A DNA stretch of 64,000 nucleotides from Candidatus Omnitrophota bacterium. GTDB lineage: Bacteria > Omnitrophota > Gorgyraeia > Aquiviventales > JACQRC01. The DNA is taken from NCBI GenBank assembly GCA_016206665.1, contig JACQRC010000015.1:118-64117 (forward strand), written 5' to 3'. Shown one piece after another: positions 26,573-35,846 of the stretch (position 1 is the stretch's first letter; each line of letters opens with the position of its first letter). Under the pieces are notes generated by a model, which saw only the letters and a list, made by a program, of their open reading frames with translations, was not told where the DNA came from and ran no database searches. The translations under genes were made by a program, and so were the position numbers.

Positions 26573-27451
26573 GTGCCAGACACGGCGGTGGTGACGGCCA
26601 CCAAGCGCTGCGTGGTCTGCGGTGCGAGCGCTTTCAGGACCGGTGTGCTCGGCACCCTGGCGCAGTGTGAGCTCTGCGGGCATATCTGCTATCCGGCCCA
26701 GTCGACGGTGTCAGCCGCCGAGCTGTACGGCAACGACTACTTCACCGGCGCCGAATACCTGGACTATTCCTCTCAGCAAGGGACGCTGGCGAAAAACTTT
26801 CGACGGTATCTACGGCTGATGCGGCGGTATGGGGCGGCGGGCGGTCGGCTGCTCGAGGTGGGGTGCGCCTACGGCTTCTTTCTGCAGGAGGCGCGGGAGG
26901 CCTTCCGGGTCGAGGGCATTGACGTCGCCGCCGAGGCTGTCGCCTTCGCGGCCGAGCAGCTGCAGGTGCCGGCCCGGAAGCTTGAGTTTCCCACGCTGCA
27001 GGCGGAGGAGCCCTACGATGTCGTGTGCTTGTGGGATACGCTGGAGCATCTGGCGGAGCCGGACGTCTATATCGCGAAGGCGTCGGAGGTGGTGCGGGAG
27101 GGCGGGCACCTCTTCCTGACCACCGTCGATATCGGCAGCTATCTGGCGCGCGTGCAAGGGCGGCGGTGGCGGCAGATTCATCCACCCACGCATCTGCACT
27201 ATTTTTCGCGGGCCACGATGCGCCGGCTGTTGGAGCGGTCAGGCTTCGAGGTGCTGGGCATCACGGCAGTGGGGACGCACCGCGAGATCACGAATATGCT
27301 GCGGGGGCTGAGCCTGTTCGGCAAAAGCCGGGTTGTCCGGCAGCTCGCCGAGCAGATGTTGGAGAAGACCGGCAGGATGTGGGGGCATACCAGCGTGTAT
27401 CTGAACCTGGGAGACAACATGTTTGTCGCGGCCCGGCGGCGACGGCCGTGA
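26573..27451 (+). CDS. Class-I SAM methyltransferase with N-terminal CxxC...CxxC zinc-ribbon (2 of 7)
   Basis: GTG 26573 lies 2 nt after the upstream stop. The ribbon is CVVCGAS...CELCGH and motif I is RLLEVGCAYGFF. Confidence 0.75.
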   Translation: MPDTAVVTATKRCVVCGASAFRTGVLGTLAQCELCGHICYPAQSTVSAAELYGNDYFTGAEYLDYSSQQGTLAKNFRRYLRLMRRYGAAGGRLLEVGCAYGFFLQEAREAFRVEGIDVAAEAVAFAAEQLQVPARKLEFPTLQAEEPYDVVCLWDTLEHLAEPDVYIAKASEVVREGGHLFLTTVDIGSYLARVQGRRWRQIHPPTHLHYFSRATMRRLLERSGFEVLGITAVGTHREITNMLRGLSLFGKSRVVRQLAEQMLEKTGRMWGHTSVYLNLGDNMFVAARRRRP

Positions 27452-29274
27452 GCACACTCACGGCTCCACCGCAGACGGTGACGCTACCGCGGCTCTCCAC
27501 GCACGGCTTGATGCAGACGGCGCTCCATCGCTGGCCGCTCTGGCTGGCCTGCCTCTTCAGCCTCGCGCTGGCGCTGCCGACCATTCAACCCCGCATCGCC
27601 GATCCCAATCTGATTGTCTATCAGAATGCGGACGAAGGCGGGATGATGGATTTGATGTGGTCCTATTACAGCGGTGAGCGGCGGGACAGCTTTCAGTGGG
27701 ATGTCGATTATGGGCTGGAGATGGTCTGGCTCTCCGGCCTGGCGCGTGTCGTCCTGGCGCCTGCGATGACGGTGACACCGGTGACGCTGGCGGTCCTGTT
27801 GCGGTGGTTGCATCTCGCCGCATGGCTGGCGGCGCTCGGCCTCATGTGGCGACTCGTGGGACGCCATGTCGGACGCGGCTATCCGCAGGCCGTGGCGGTC
27901 GCCCTGCTCGCCGTGCGGCCGGCCTTCGTGCATCTGACGACCTACTGGCAACCGGAGCCGGTGGTGCTGGCGTTGCTGCTGCTGGGGCTGGACGAGGCCT
28001 TGACCCACGCCGAGCGGCCCGCCTGGTGGCACATCGTGGCGGCGGTGGCCTGTGCCTCGCTGGCCTTTCTGGTGAAATACGCCGGGCTCTTTCTCCTGCC
28101 GGCGGTTGCGGCGTCCCTGGTGCTGGCAGCGCGGCGCACCCCGGGAGGTCCCGGCGCGGTGCCGCGCGTGCGCGGTGCGTGGCTGGTCTACGCTCTCGTC
28201 GGCGCGGTGATGGTGGGCTGCACCCTGACGGCCCTGGCGCACTACGTGCGGCATGCGACCGGCCGCACCTGGCTGCAGGAATACGGATGGTGGGGGAGCC
28301 TCACGGTGAATCCTGCGGCGATGGCGGTGTGCGTGGCCGGGGCGGGCTTGATGGGCCTGTCGCTGCTGTGCTGGCTGGTCAACCGCATCCGGGAACAGCA
28401 ACTCTGGAACACCATCAACAGCGCCCTGATGATGGTGGGGGGGCTCTTCGCCGCGTGGACGCTGCTGTTCGGATGCTGGTGGCTTGGGCATCCGGAGCGA
28501 TGGCTGTCCGCTTACAGCCAGATGGCGCCGGCCGCGCTGTCGACGAGGGAGGCCTTCCTCCAGCGGCTGGCGGGCCGGGTGCAGGCGTTTGATCCGTTGC
28601 TCGTGCTGTTGGCGGCCATCGTGGGTGGCGTCGCGATGACGGCCAGAGGCCGCCGCGTGATGTCTGAGACGATGGCGCACGACAAACGGAGGGTCCTCTT
28701 GTGGTTTGTCGTCCCGTTCATCGCGGTCATGGTGGCTCCGGTCCGCGTAGAGCGGCACCACATGCTGCCGTTCGTGGCGGCGGCGGTCGTGTGGATCTTG
28801 AGCAGCCTGCGGGGGCTTCGCAGCTTGCGGTTCCTGGCAGTTGCGGTGCTGGTGCTCGATCTGCTGCTCAACGCGGCGATCGTGGTGAGGGAACGGTCGT
28901 ATCAGGCCCGCCAGGGGGACGACATCGCGTTCGCGTTGGCCGGCTGGTGGGCAGGGCACATCCCACGCAGTGCCACCGTCGTGGCCGACCATTACCGGCG
29001 CGTCTACGTGCCGTCCGGCCATCCGAAGCTCAAGGTCTTCCGGGGCTCCGAGCATCTGGATAGCTGGGTCGAGCAGCTGCGCGATGCCGTGTCGCGATAC
29101 CATCCCGACTACGTGTACTACAACGCGGCTCCGGTGGCCGGCGCCATCGTGCCGCCGATTGAGGAGTTGCTGCCACGCACCAGCGTCGAGCTGGTACGGC
29201 AGTTCAGCAGCGAGGGCCGCGGCTACCGGCGCCTGGAGGGAGACCGATTTCTCATCTATCGGATCCTGCGATGA
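27448..29274 (+). CDS. Polytopic membrane protein, GT-C (ArnT/PMT_2-like) glycosyltransferase candidate, 1 of 3
   Basis: GTG 27448 sits in a GTGA overlap. It has many hydrophobic segments, an acidic first-loop motif NADEGGMMD, and a soluble C-terminal domain. The family call is tentative. Confidence 0.55.
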   Translation: MSTLTAPPQTVTLPRLSTHGLMQTALHRWPLWLACLFSLALALPTIQPRIADPNLIVYQNADEGGMMDLMWSYYSGERRDSFQWDVDYGLEMVWLSGLARVVLAPAMTVTPVTLAVLLRWLHLAAWLAALGLMWRLVGRHVGRGYPQAVAVALLAVRPAFVHLTTYWQPEPVVLALLLLGLDEALTHAERPAWWHIVAAVACASLAFLVKYAGLFLLPAVAASLVLAARRTPGGPGAVPRVRGAWLVYALVGAVMVGCTLTALAHYVRHATGRTWLQEYGWWGSLTVNPAAMAVCVAGAGLMGLSLLCWLVNRIREQQLWNTINSALMMVGGLFAAWTLLFGCWWLGHPERWLSAYSQMAPAALSTREAFLQRLAGRVQAFDPLLVLLAAIVGGVAMTARGRRVMSETMAHDKRRVLLWFVVPFIAVMVAPVRVERHHMLPFVAAAVVWILSSLRGLRSLRFLAVAVLVLDLLLNAAIVVRERSYQARQGDDIAFALAGWWAGHIPRSATVVADHYRRVYVPSGHPKLKVFRGSEHLDSWVEQLRDAVSRYHPDYVYYNAAPVAGAIVPPIEELLPRTSVELVRQFSSEGRGYRRLEGDRFLIYRILR

Positions 29275-30191
29275 GATCCATCCCACGGACGGCGAGGGAT
29301 GAGGGCGCACCCTGCCTGGCCTGCGGCCATCCCGGCTCCGCCCACAGCACCGACCAGGCGCTCGCCCTCTATCGTTGCCGCGCGTGCACGCACATGTTTA
29401 CCGGGGTGCCAGCCGGGCATCTCGATGAGCTGTACACACCAGCCTACTATCTTGAGGAGCATAAGAATTGGTTTACGCATCCCAACACGGCCCTGTTCCA
29501 GTGGCTCTACGAACAGATGGAACGCTGGGCGGCTGGTCGCTCGGCTGCGCTGCTGGACGTCGGCTGCGGCCGGGGCGATTTGTTGAAATATCTGCGGTCC
29601 CGTGACCGTCGGCTGACACTGGTGGGTATCGACGTCACGGCCAACACTGCACCAGGGATTACCTTTGTCCAGGGCGATTTCCTGGCGCAGAGGCTCGAGC
29701 AGGAGTTTGATGTCATCTGTGGCCTGGCGGTGCTCGAACATGTTGAGCAGCCGGATCGCTTCCTGGAGCATGCCGCCGCGCATCTGCGGCCGGGGGGCCT
29801 CTTATTTCTGATGACCGTGAATAACGACGGCGGGTTTTACCGGGTGGCGCGTGCGCTGCGCCGTGTGGGGTTTTCGGCCGCCTATCGCCGCCTGTACAGC
29901 CCGCACCACCTGCACCATTTCACGAACCGGTCCCTGCGGCAGCTGGTCGAGCGGTATGGGTTCCGTGTCCTGGCGCAGCGCAACCACAACACCCCGCTTT
30001 CGGCGGTGGATGTGCCGGCAGCACGACCGCTCCTCGCAGGGTGCTACCGGCTGGCGGTGGCGGCGCTGTTCACCGCGTCGGCCATGGTGCGCGATGGGAT
30101 CCTCCAGACGGTCATCTGCGAAAAGGCTGATGGACGACTCCGACCAACAATGCAGGTGGACATGGCGAGGGAGGGCAGTCATGTTGCGTAA
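29271..30191 (+). CDS. Class-I SAM methyltransferase with N-terminal zinc-ribbon (3 of 7)
   Basis: ATGA overlap. The ribbon is CLACGHP...CRACTH and motif I is ALLDVGCGRGDL. Confidence 0.75.
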   Translation: MRSIPRTARDEGAPCLACGHPGSAHSTDQALALYRCRACTHMFTGVPAGHLDELYTPAYYLEEHKNWFTHPNTALFQWLYEQMERWAAGRSAALLDVGCGRGDLLKYLRSRDRRLTLVGIDVTANTAPGITFVQGDFLAQRLEQEFDVICGLAVLEHVEQPDRFLEHAAAHLRPGGLLFLMTVNNDGGFYRVARALRRVGFSAAYRRLYSPHHLHHFTNRSLRQLVERYGFRVLAQRNHNTPLSAVDVPAARPLLAGCYRLAVAALFTASAMVRDGILQTVICEKADGRLRPTMQVDMAREGSHVA

Positions 30192-31320
30192 GTCGGGACC
30201 GCGTTGGCTCATCCGTGCGCAGACGCTGATGGGTTACCACCTGCCGAATGTGGTGCGCACGGAGCTGCTGCGGCGGCTTCCGGCGCTCTATTCGGCATGG
30301 CCGATGCGGCCCCTCTATGCCGGCCTGAACGTCACCGAGAACTGCAATATGCAGTGCATCATGTGCAACTCTTGGCGGGCGACCTCGCGCGAGGAGCTGA
30401 CCACCAAGGAGTGGCAGGATGCCATCCGACAGTTGCGGCGTGCCGGGGTGCGCTACGTCGGATTCGCCGGCGGCGAACCGTTGTTGCGCAAGGATCTGCC
30501 GGAGCTGGTGGCCCAGGCCCACCGTCTTGGGATGCATACGGAGCTGACGACCAGCGGCTATCTGCTGGACGAGGCGCGGCTCCAAGCGCTGCTGGCGGCT
30601 GGCCTGGACTCGGCGGTCATTTCCATCGATGGGGTGGGCGCCCAGTACGAGGCGATTCGCCACCGGGAGTGGCCGCGCGTCGAGCAGGCCTGCGAGCTGC
30701 TGGCGCGATCCCGCCGGGAGGGGACCCTGCAGGTGGTGATCGGATTCGTCTTGATGAAACCAACCCTCGATCATCTCGAGGGCGTACAGGCGTTGTGCGC
30801 GCGGCTCGACCTGCCGCTCGTGATCTCGTTGCTCGACGCCTCGACCTATCTCTTTGCGCTTGAGGAGAACACGAACGGGTTCTGGATCCGCGACGAGGCG
30901 GACCGGCGCAAGCTCGCCGCCGTGCAGGCGAGCTTGGTACAGGAGAAGGAGCGCGGGGGTCTGGTGCGGGATGATTTCTCGGTCATCGAGTGGTTCGGCA
31001 AATATTTTCAGGATCCGCGGCAGGCCGCGCTGCCGTGCGGCGTGTCGCAGACCCGCATCCTCATCGATGGCCACGGGATGGTCTTCGGCGGCTGCTGGGC
31101 GCTGGGCAGCTACGGCTGTCTGCGCCAGCAGTCGTTGCGGGAGATTCTGGGGTCGGCCGGCTATCGCGAGGCGCACCGGAAGATGTTTGCGAAGCAGTGC
31201 CCTGGCTGTTCCTGCGGGTACAAGGTGACACTGAAGTCCTCGCTGCCGACGCAGATGCGCGAGCTGCGGCTGCGGTGGTCAAAACGATTGCGCGACCAGG
31301 TGTTCAACCACCATGACTGA
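30181..31320 (+). CDS. Radical SAM/SPASM enzyme, type 2 (distinct from the 3206/20447 pair)
   Basis: ATG 30181 has an 11-nt overlap. Motifs are NVTENCNMQCIMCNSW (CxxxCxxC) and FAGGEPLL, with C-terminal cysteines ...LPCGVSQ...GGCWALGSYGC...KQCPGCSCG. Confidence 0.8.
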   Translation: MLRKSGPRWLIRAQTLMGYHLPNVVRTELLRRLPALYSAWPMRPLYAGLNVTENCNMQCIMCNSWRATSREELTTKEWQDAIRQLRRAGVRYVGFAGGEPLLRKDLPELVAQAHRLGMHTELTTSGYLLDEARLQALLAAGLDSAVISIDGVGAQYEAIRHREWPRVEQACELLARSRREGTLQVVIGFVLMKPTLDHLEGVQALCARLDLPLVISLLDASTYLFALEENTNGFWIRDEADRRKLAAVQASLVQEKERGGLVRDDFSVIEWFGKYFQDPRQAALPCGVSQTRILIDGHGMVFGGCWALGSYGCLRQQSLREILGSAGYREAHRKMFAKQCPGCSCGYKVTLKSSLPTQMRELRLRWSKRLRDQVFNHHD

Positions 31321-32212
31321 GCATCGGCTGGCCCTCATCATCCCGACGAAGGACCGGCCGCAGCCGTTGACGCGGTTGCTCGCGTCGGTGCGTCGGCAGA
31401 CGCGCGGCCCCGACCAGGTGATCATTGTGGACAGCAGCGCCGCGCGCACGGACGATTGGGTCCGACGGTTCGGAGCGCAGGGGCCGCTGCGCTACCTGTG
31501 GACCCAGCCGCCGTCGCTCGTGAGACAAAAGAACCTCGGCATCGCAGCGCTGGATCCCGGCATCACGCTGGTGGCGTTTCTCGACGACGACTTGGTGCTG
31601 GAAGACGACACGCTGGAGGCGATGCTCGCGTTCTGGGCCGCGGCTGGATCCGACGTGGGCGGGGCGGGGTTGGTCATCCCCGACGCGCGGCCGCATCGGG
31701 GGCTGTGGTTCAAACGGCCGTTCGGCCTCGATGGCCGGGCGAGCGGATGCGTGCTGCGCTCCGGGTATAACACGCCGCTGCGGCCGGCCGCGCAGCCGTA
31801 CCGAGTCCAGTGGTTGAGCGGGGGGGCCTCCGTCTGGCGGCGTGACGTGGTTGATGCCGAGCGGTTTGACGAATGGTTCACCGGCTACAGTTATCTGGAG
31901 GACATTGACTACAGCCTGCGCGTGGGCCGGCGCTATCAGATGGTGGCGGTCCCGTCGGCGCGCGTGCGCCATGACACCCCGATGATTGCGGCGCGCCAAC
32001 CCTTCCGGCTGGGCCGGTGGGAAGTGACGAACCGGTTCTACCTGGCAACGAAGCATCCCGAGCTGTCACGCAGTCGATGTCTCTGGGCCCTCGTGGGACA
32101 GGGAGTGCTGAACGTGGCGCGGGGCTGTGTCGCCTGGCGCTCGGGGGGATTATTGCGCGTTGCCGGGAACCTCGTGGGCTGGACACGCCTCGTGGGTGGG
32201 GTGTCTCGATGA
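31313..32212 (+). CDS. GT2 family glycosyltransferase
   Basis: Motifs are LALIIPTKDRP, VIIVDSS and FLDDDLV (DxD). Confidence 0.8.
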   Translation: MTEHRLALIIPTKDRPQPLTRLLASVRRQTRGPDQVIIVDSSAARTDDWVRRFGAQGPLRYLWTQPPSLVRQKNLGIAALDPGITLVAFLDDDLVLEDDTLEAMLAFWAAAGSDVGGAGLVIPDARPHRGLWFKRPFGLDGRASGCVLRSGYNTPLRPAAQPYRVQWLSGGASVWRRDVVDAERFDEWFTGYSYLEDIDYSLRVGRRYQMVAVPSARVRHDTPMIAARQPFRLGRWEVTNRFYLATKHPELSRSRCLWALVGQGVLNVARGCVAWRSGGLLRVAGNLVGWTRLVGGVSR

Positions 32213-32841
32213 GCAGCCGACCATCGCTGGCAGATCGGTTGTGGCACTGGTGCTATCGGTGCTTGGAGCAGCCGTACCTGTTCGAATTGTCGCGGTTGCC
32301 GCAGCGTCGGATGACGCAGCGGCTGATCGCCCAGGAGTTGCCACCCACACCCGGGCGGCGTCTACTCGACATCTGCTGCGGCATCGGTACGTACCGAGTC
32401 AGCAAGCCGGACACGTTCTACATCGGCCTGGACCGGGAACCGTCGTATGTCGCGTACGCGGCCGCCCGTCACAACGGCCATCCCGGCACGACCTTTCTGG
32501 TGGCGGACGCCACGGCGCTGCCGTTTCGGCCGCAGACCTTCACCGACGTGATGTGGCTCTACAGTCTGCACCATTTCGCCGACGATCCGGCGCGGGCGAT
32601 CTTGAGCAGCGTCGCCCGGATGCGGCCGCGCCGGCTGCTCATTTTGGATGCGGTGGGCGACCATCTGCGCGGCCACAAGCGGATGCTGGCCGCGCGCGAC
32701 CGGGGGGCCTATGTGCGGCCGATCGCAGCACAACGGGCGCTGATTGAGCGGGACTGGGTGATTGAGACCTCCGGCGTGGAAACGCATCCGGTGGTGCTGG
32801 ACACGGTCTACTACCGGTGCGTGCCGAAATTGGGAGATTAG
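32209..32841 (+). CDS. Class-I SAM methyltransferase (4 of 7)
   Basis: ATG 32209 is in an ATGA overlap. Motif I is RLLDICCGIGTY, followed by LVADATALPF. Confidence 0.7.
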   Translation: MSSRPSLADRLWHWCYRCLEQPYLFELSRLPQRRMTQRLIAQELPPTPGRRLLDICCGIGTYRVSKPDTFYIGLDREPSYVAYAAARHNGHPGTTFLVADATALPFRPQTFTDVMWLYSLHHFADDPARAILSSVARMRPRRLLILDAVGDHLRGHKRMLAARDRGAYVRPIAAQRALIERDWVIETSGVETHPVVLDTVYYRCVPKLGD

Positions 32842-32850
32842 CGAGGGGCC

Positions 32851-34827
32851 ATGTGCGGCATCTGCGGTGACATTCGGACGCCCCACGGCGGCCTGGCGGC
32901 CCCCGGGCTGTTGACCGCCATGAACGAGGCCCAACGCCACCGGGGACCGGACGATACCGGTCTCTGGTGCGAGGGCCCCGTGGGGCTGGGCCATCAGCGC
33001 CTGGCGATTCTGGATCTGGACGGCGGCCGCCAGCCGATGGCCGATTCCTCCGGGCAGGTCGTGGTGACCTACAACGGCGAAATCTACAACTTCGTCGAGC
33101 TGCGCGAGCAACTCCGGGGATTGGGCCATCAGTTTCGCAGCACGGGCGACACCGAGGTCCTGTTACACGCCTACCTCGAGTGGGGGCTCGAGATGCTCCC
33201 GCGGCTGAGCGGGATGTTCGCGTTTGGCGTGTACGATGCGCGCCGCCGCTGGCTCTTTGCGGCGCGGGATCCGATGGGGCAAAAGCCCTTCCTCTATTAT
33301 CAGGATGCCGACGGCCTGGTCTTCGCCTCAGAGCTGACGGCGCTGCTGCGCCATCCCCGCGTGCCGCGCCGGCTGGATCTGACGGCGGTGGCCGGCTATC
33401 TGGTGCGCGAATATTTCACGGCGCCGGAAACACCGCTACAGGATGTCCGCAAGCTCCAACCGGGCGAGGCGATGCTCTATGAGCCGTCCACCGGCCGACT
33501 GCGCTGCTGGCGGTACTGGGATCCGATGGACGCGGTGCGGCGGCCCTTCCTGGACCGGCCGCCGACCATCGAGGACGAGGAGACGCTGGCGCAGGAACTG
33601 CGCACCGCCGTGGAGCGCCATTTGCGCAGCGACGTGCCGGTGGGGGTCTATTTAAGCGGCGGCGTGGACTCGACGGCGCTCGCCGCCCTGGCCTGTGACG
33701 TCATCGGGGGACAAAACCTCCAGACCTTCACGATCGGCTACGCCGATCCCTCCTTTGACGAATCGGCCGCCGCGCGGCGCACCGCGCAGCAACTGGGCAC
33801 GCGGCACCACGAACTGCGCTTGAGCCCCCAGGAATGCGTGGCCGCCGTGCCGGATGCGGTCGCCCATCTGGATGAGCCGCTCGCCGATCCCGGGTACCTG
33901 TCGGTCATCCAGGCGGCGAGCCTGGCGTCGCGCCACGTGAAGGTGGTGGTGGCCGGCGACGGCGGCGATGAATTACTGTGCGGCTACGAGACCTTCAAGG
34001 TGTGGGAGGCAGCCGACTGGATGCATCGGCAGCTGCCCGCCGGCGTGCGCGGCTTGCTGCGCGCCTGCGTGGCGCTCACACCGGCGCAGTATGGCTACAT
34101 GGGGCTGGGCTACCGCGCGCGCTATTTTCTACGCGGGCTCGACGTGCCGGCGGCCTGGCGCAATACCTGTTGGATCGGGGCCTTCACGCCGGATGAGGCC
34201 CGGGCCGTGCTGCGCGGCGGCGACGACACGCAGAGCCTGCGCGGCGACCACGGCTGGCCAACACTGTTCGACCATGTCCAGGAATTGCACCGGCTCGCCG
34301 CCCGGCACGACGGCCTCACGCGGCTAGGCCTGGAATACCAGCAGACCTATCTGCCGGGTGCCATCTGCGCGCATACGGACAAGGCGAACATGCGCTTCTC
34401 ACTTGAGGCGCGCAGTCCCTTACTAGACCCTGCGGTGGTGCAGTGCCTCAACCGCTTGCCGTCGTCGTGGAAGCTGCGCGGCTGGCAGTCGAAGTGGCTG
34501 CTGCGGCGCTGGCTCACCCGGCGGCTCGGGCGCGCGCTGCCGGTCAAGAAGCACGGATTCGCAGCGCCGCTGGCGCTGTGGCTGCGCCGCGAATTGCGGA
34601 CATTTGCCGAGACGCACCTCAACCGGGACGCCATCGAAGCGGCCGGCGTGTTCCATCCCGAGAAGGTCGCGCGGCTGTGGCAGGAGCACGCCGGCGGCCG
34701 GGCCAACCATGCGAAGCCGCTGTGGACCGTGCTGGTCTTCCAGGTCTGGCACCGTCAGCACCTGCAGGCGCCGGTGGCGCGCGAGGCGGCGACCAGGTTG
34801 ACGCAGATGAAGGAGGTTGCGGCATGA
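32851..34827 (+). CDS. Asparagine synthase (glutamine-hydrolysing)-family amidotransferase, copy 1
   Basis: It has the N-terminal nucleophile MCGI, then HRGPDD, YNGEIYN and the PP-loop VYLSGGVDS. Confidence 0.9.
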   Translation: MCGICGDIRTPHGGLAAPGLLTAMNEAQRHRGPDDTGLWCEGPVGLGHQRLAILDLDGGRQPMADSSGQVVVTYNGEIYNFVELREQLRGLGHQFRSTGDTEVLLHAYLEWGLEMLPRLSGMFAFGVYDARRRWLFAARDPMGQKPFLYYQDADGLVFASELTALLRHPRVPRRLDLTAVAGYLVREYFTAPETPLQDVRKLQPGEAMLYEPSTGRLRCWRYWDPMDAVRRPFLDRPPTIEDEETLAQELRTAVERHLRSDVPVGVYLSGGVDSTALAALACDVIGGQNLQTFTIGYADPSFDESAAARRTAQQLGTRHHELRLSPQECVAAVPDAVAHLDEPLADPGYLSVIQAASLASRHVKVVVAGDGGDELLCGYETFKVWEAADWMHRQLPAGVRGLLRACVALTPAQYGYMGLGYRARYFLRGLDVPAAWRNTCWIGAFTPDEARAVLRGGDDTQSLRGDHGWPTLFDHVQELHRLAARHDGLTRLGLEYQQTYLPGAICAHTDKANMRFSLEARSPLLDPAVVQCLNRLPSSWKLRGWQSKWLLRRWLTRRLGRALPVKKHGFAAPLALWLRRELRTFAETHLNRDAIEAAGVFHPEKVARLWQEHAGGRANHAKPLWTVLVFQVWHRQHLQAPVAREAATRLTQMKEVAA

Positions 34828-35846
34828 CACCACCCACCACGCTCGGTACGGCCCCCCGCGTGAAACCGCCGCCGGATCGCGTCGGCACACCGGAGGTGTC
34901 GATCGTCGTGCCGATTCATAATGAGCAGGACAGCCTCGCTGCGCTCGTTGAGCAGATCCGTGCCGCCCTGGAGCCGACGCCGTGGCCCTGGGAGATCCTG
35001 GGCGTGGACGACGGCAGCTCGGATGGCAGCGCCGAAGCGTGGACGCGGCTGGTCATGGAGGACTCGCGCCTGCGGCAGGTACAGTTGACCCGCCGCTTCG
35101 GCCAGACCGCGGCCATCGCCGCCGGGATCGCAGCGGCGCGGGGCCAGTATGTGGTGCTGTTGGATGCCGATTTGCAGAATGACCCGGCTGATATTCCCGA
35201 GATGGTCACGCATCTTGAGTCCGGCTACGACGTGGTGAGTGGCTGGCGCCAGGACCGGCAGGATTCCTGGCTGACGCGGCGCCTGCCGTCGCAGATGGCC
35301 AATGCCCTCATCTCGCGGGTCAGCGGGGTCAGGCTCCACGATTATGGCTGCACCCTGAAGGTGTACCGGCGGGAATGCCTGGAGGGGCTGCAGCTCTTCG
35401 GGGAGATGCACCGCCTGATCCCTCTCTACCTGGCCTGGCAGGGAGCCCGCATCATGGAGATGCCCGTCCACCACCGGCCGCGGCTCGCGGGCCGCTCCAA
35501 GTACGGGTTGTCGCGCCTGCCGCGCGTCATCCTCGATGTGGGCGTGGCCATGTTTCTGATTCGGTATTCGGACCGGCCGATGCGCGTCTTCGGCGGCTTC
35601 GGCCTGGTGAGCATCGGGGCCGCGTGCGTGTGCGCCGTCTGGGCCATCTACTGGAAGTTGGTCCAGGGGGTCGCATTCATCGTCACGCCCCTGCCGCTGC
35701 TGACGGTGTTCTTCTTCCTCGTGGGGGCGCTGGCCCTGCTGATGGGCCTGTTGGCGGAGATCATGGTGCGGACCTATTACGATGCGTCGCCCCGCCCCTA
35801 TTACCGCGTCAAGGAAGTCACGGGATCTGTGGACCGTGTGACATGA
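34824..35846 (+). CDS. GT2 polyprenyl-phosphate sugar synthase (GtrB/ArnC-like, C-terminal TM helices)
   Basis: ATGA overlap. Motifs are VSIVVPIHNE, GVDDGSSDGS and LDADLQNDP, with C-terminal hydrophobic helices. Confidence 0.85.
   Translation: MTPPTTLGTAPRVKPPPDRVGTPEVSIVVPIHNEQDSLAALVEQIRAALEPTPWPWEILGVDDGSSDGSAEAWTRLVMEDSRLRQVQLTRRFGQTAAIAAGIAAARGQYVVLLDADLQNDPADIPEMVTHLESGYDVVSGWRQDRQDSWLTRRLPSQMANALISRVSGVRLHDYGCTLKVYRRECLEGLQLFGEMHRLIPLYLAWQGARIMEMPVHHRPRLAGRSKYGLSRLPRVILDVGVAMFLIRYSDRPMRVFGGFGLVSIGAACVCAVWAIYWKLVQGVAFIVTPLPLLTVFFFLVGALALLMGLLAEIMVRTYYDASPRPYYRVKEVTGSVDRVT

Noticed and set aside
27484-29310. 608-aa minus-strand ORF, the longest antisense ORF in the track
   Set aside because: It lies exactly antisense to the GT-C membrane-protein gene 27448-29274. 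Its translation is R/P/H/G/Q-rich low complexity with no motifs. The + frame has a coherent hydrophobic pattern and coupled junctions at both ends. Stop-poor antisense frames are expected in DNA this G+C-rich.
34824-34840. ATGACACCACCCACCAC at a gene junction resembles the repeat left end (ATGACCCCACCACCTG). AGGTGGTGGG at 12811-12820 also resembles an arm.
   Set aside because: These are imperfect matches with no inverted partner within 100 nt. Both lie in ordinary coding sequence with good protein context.
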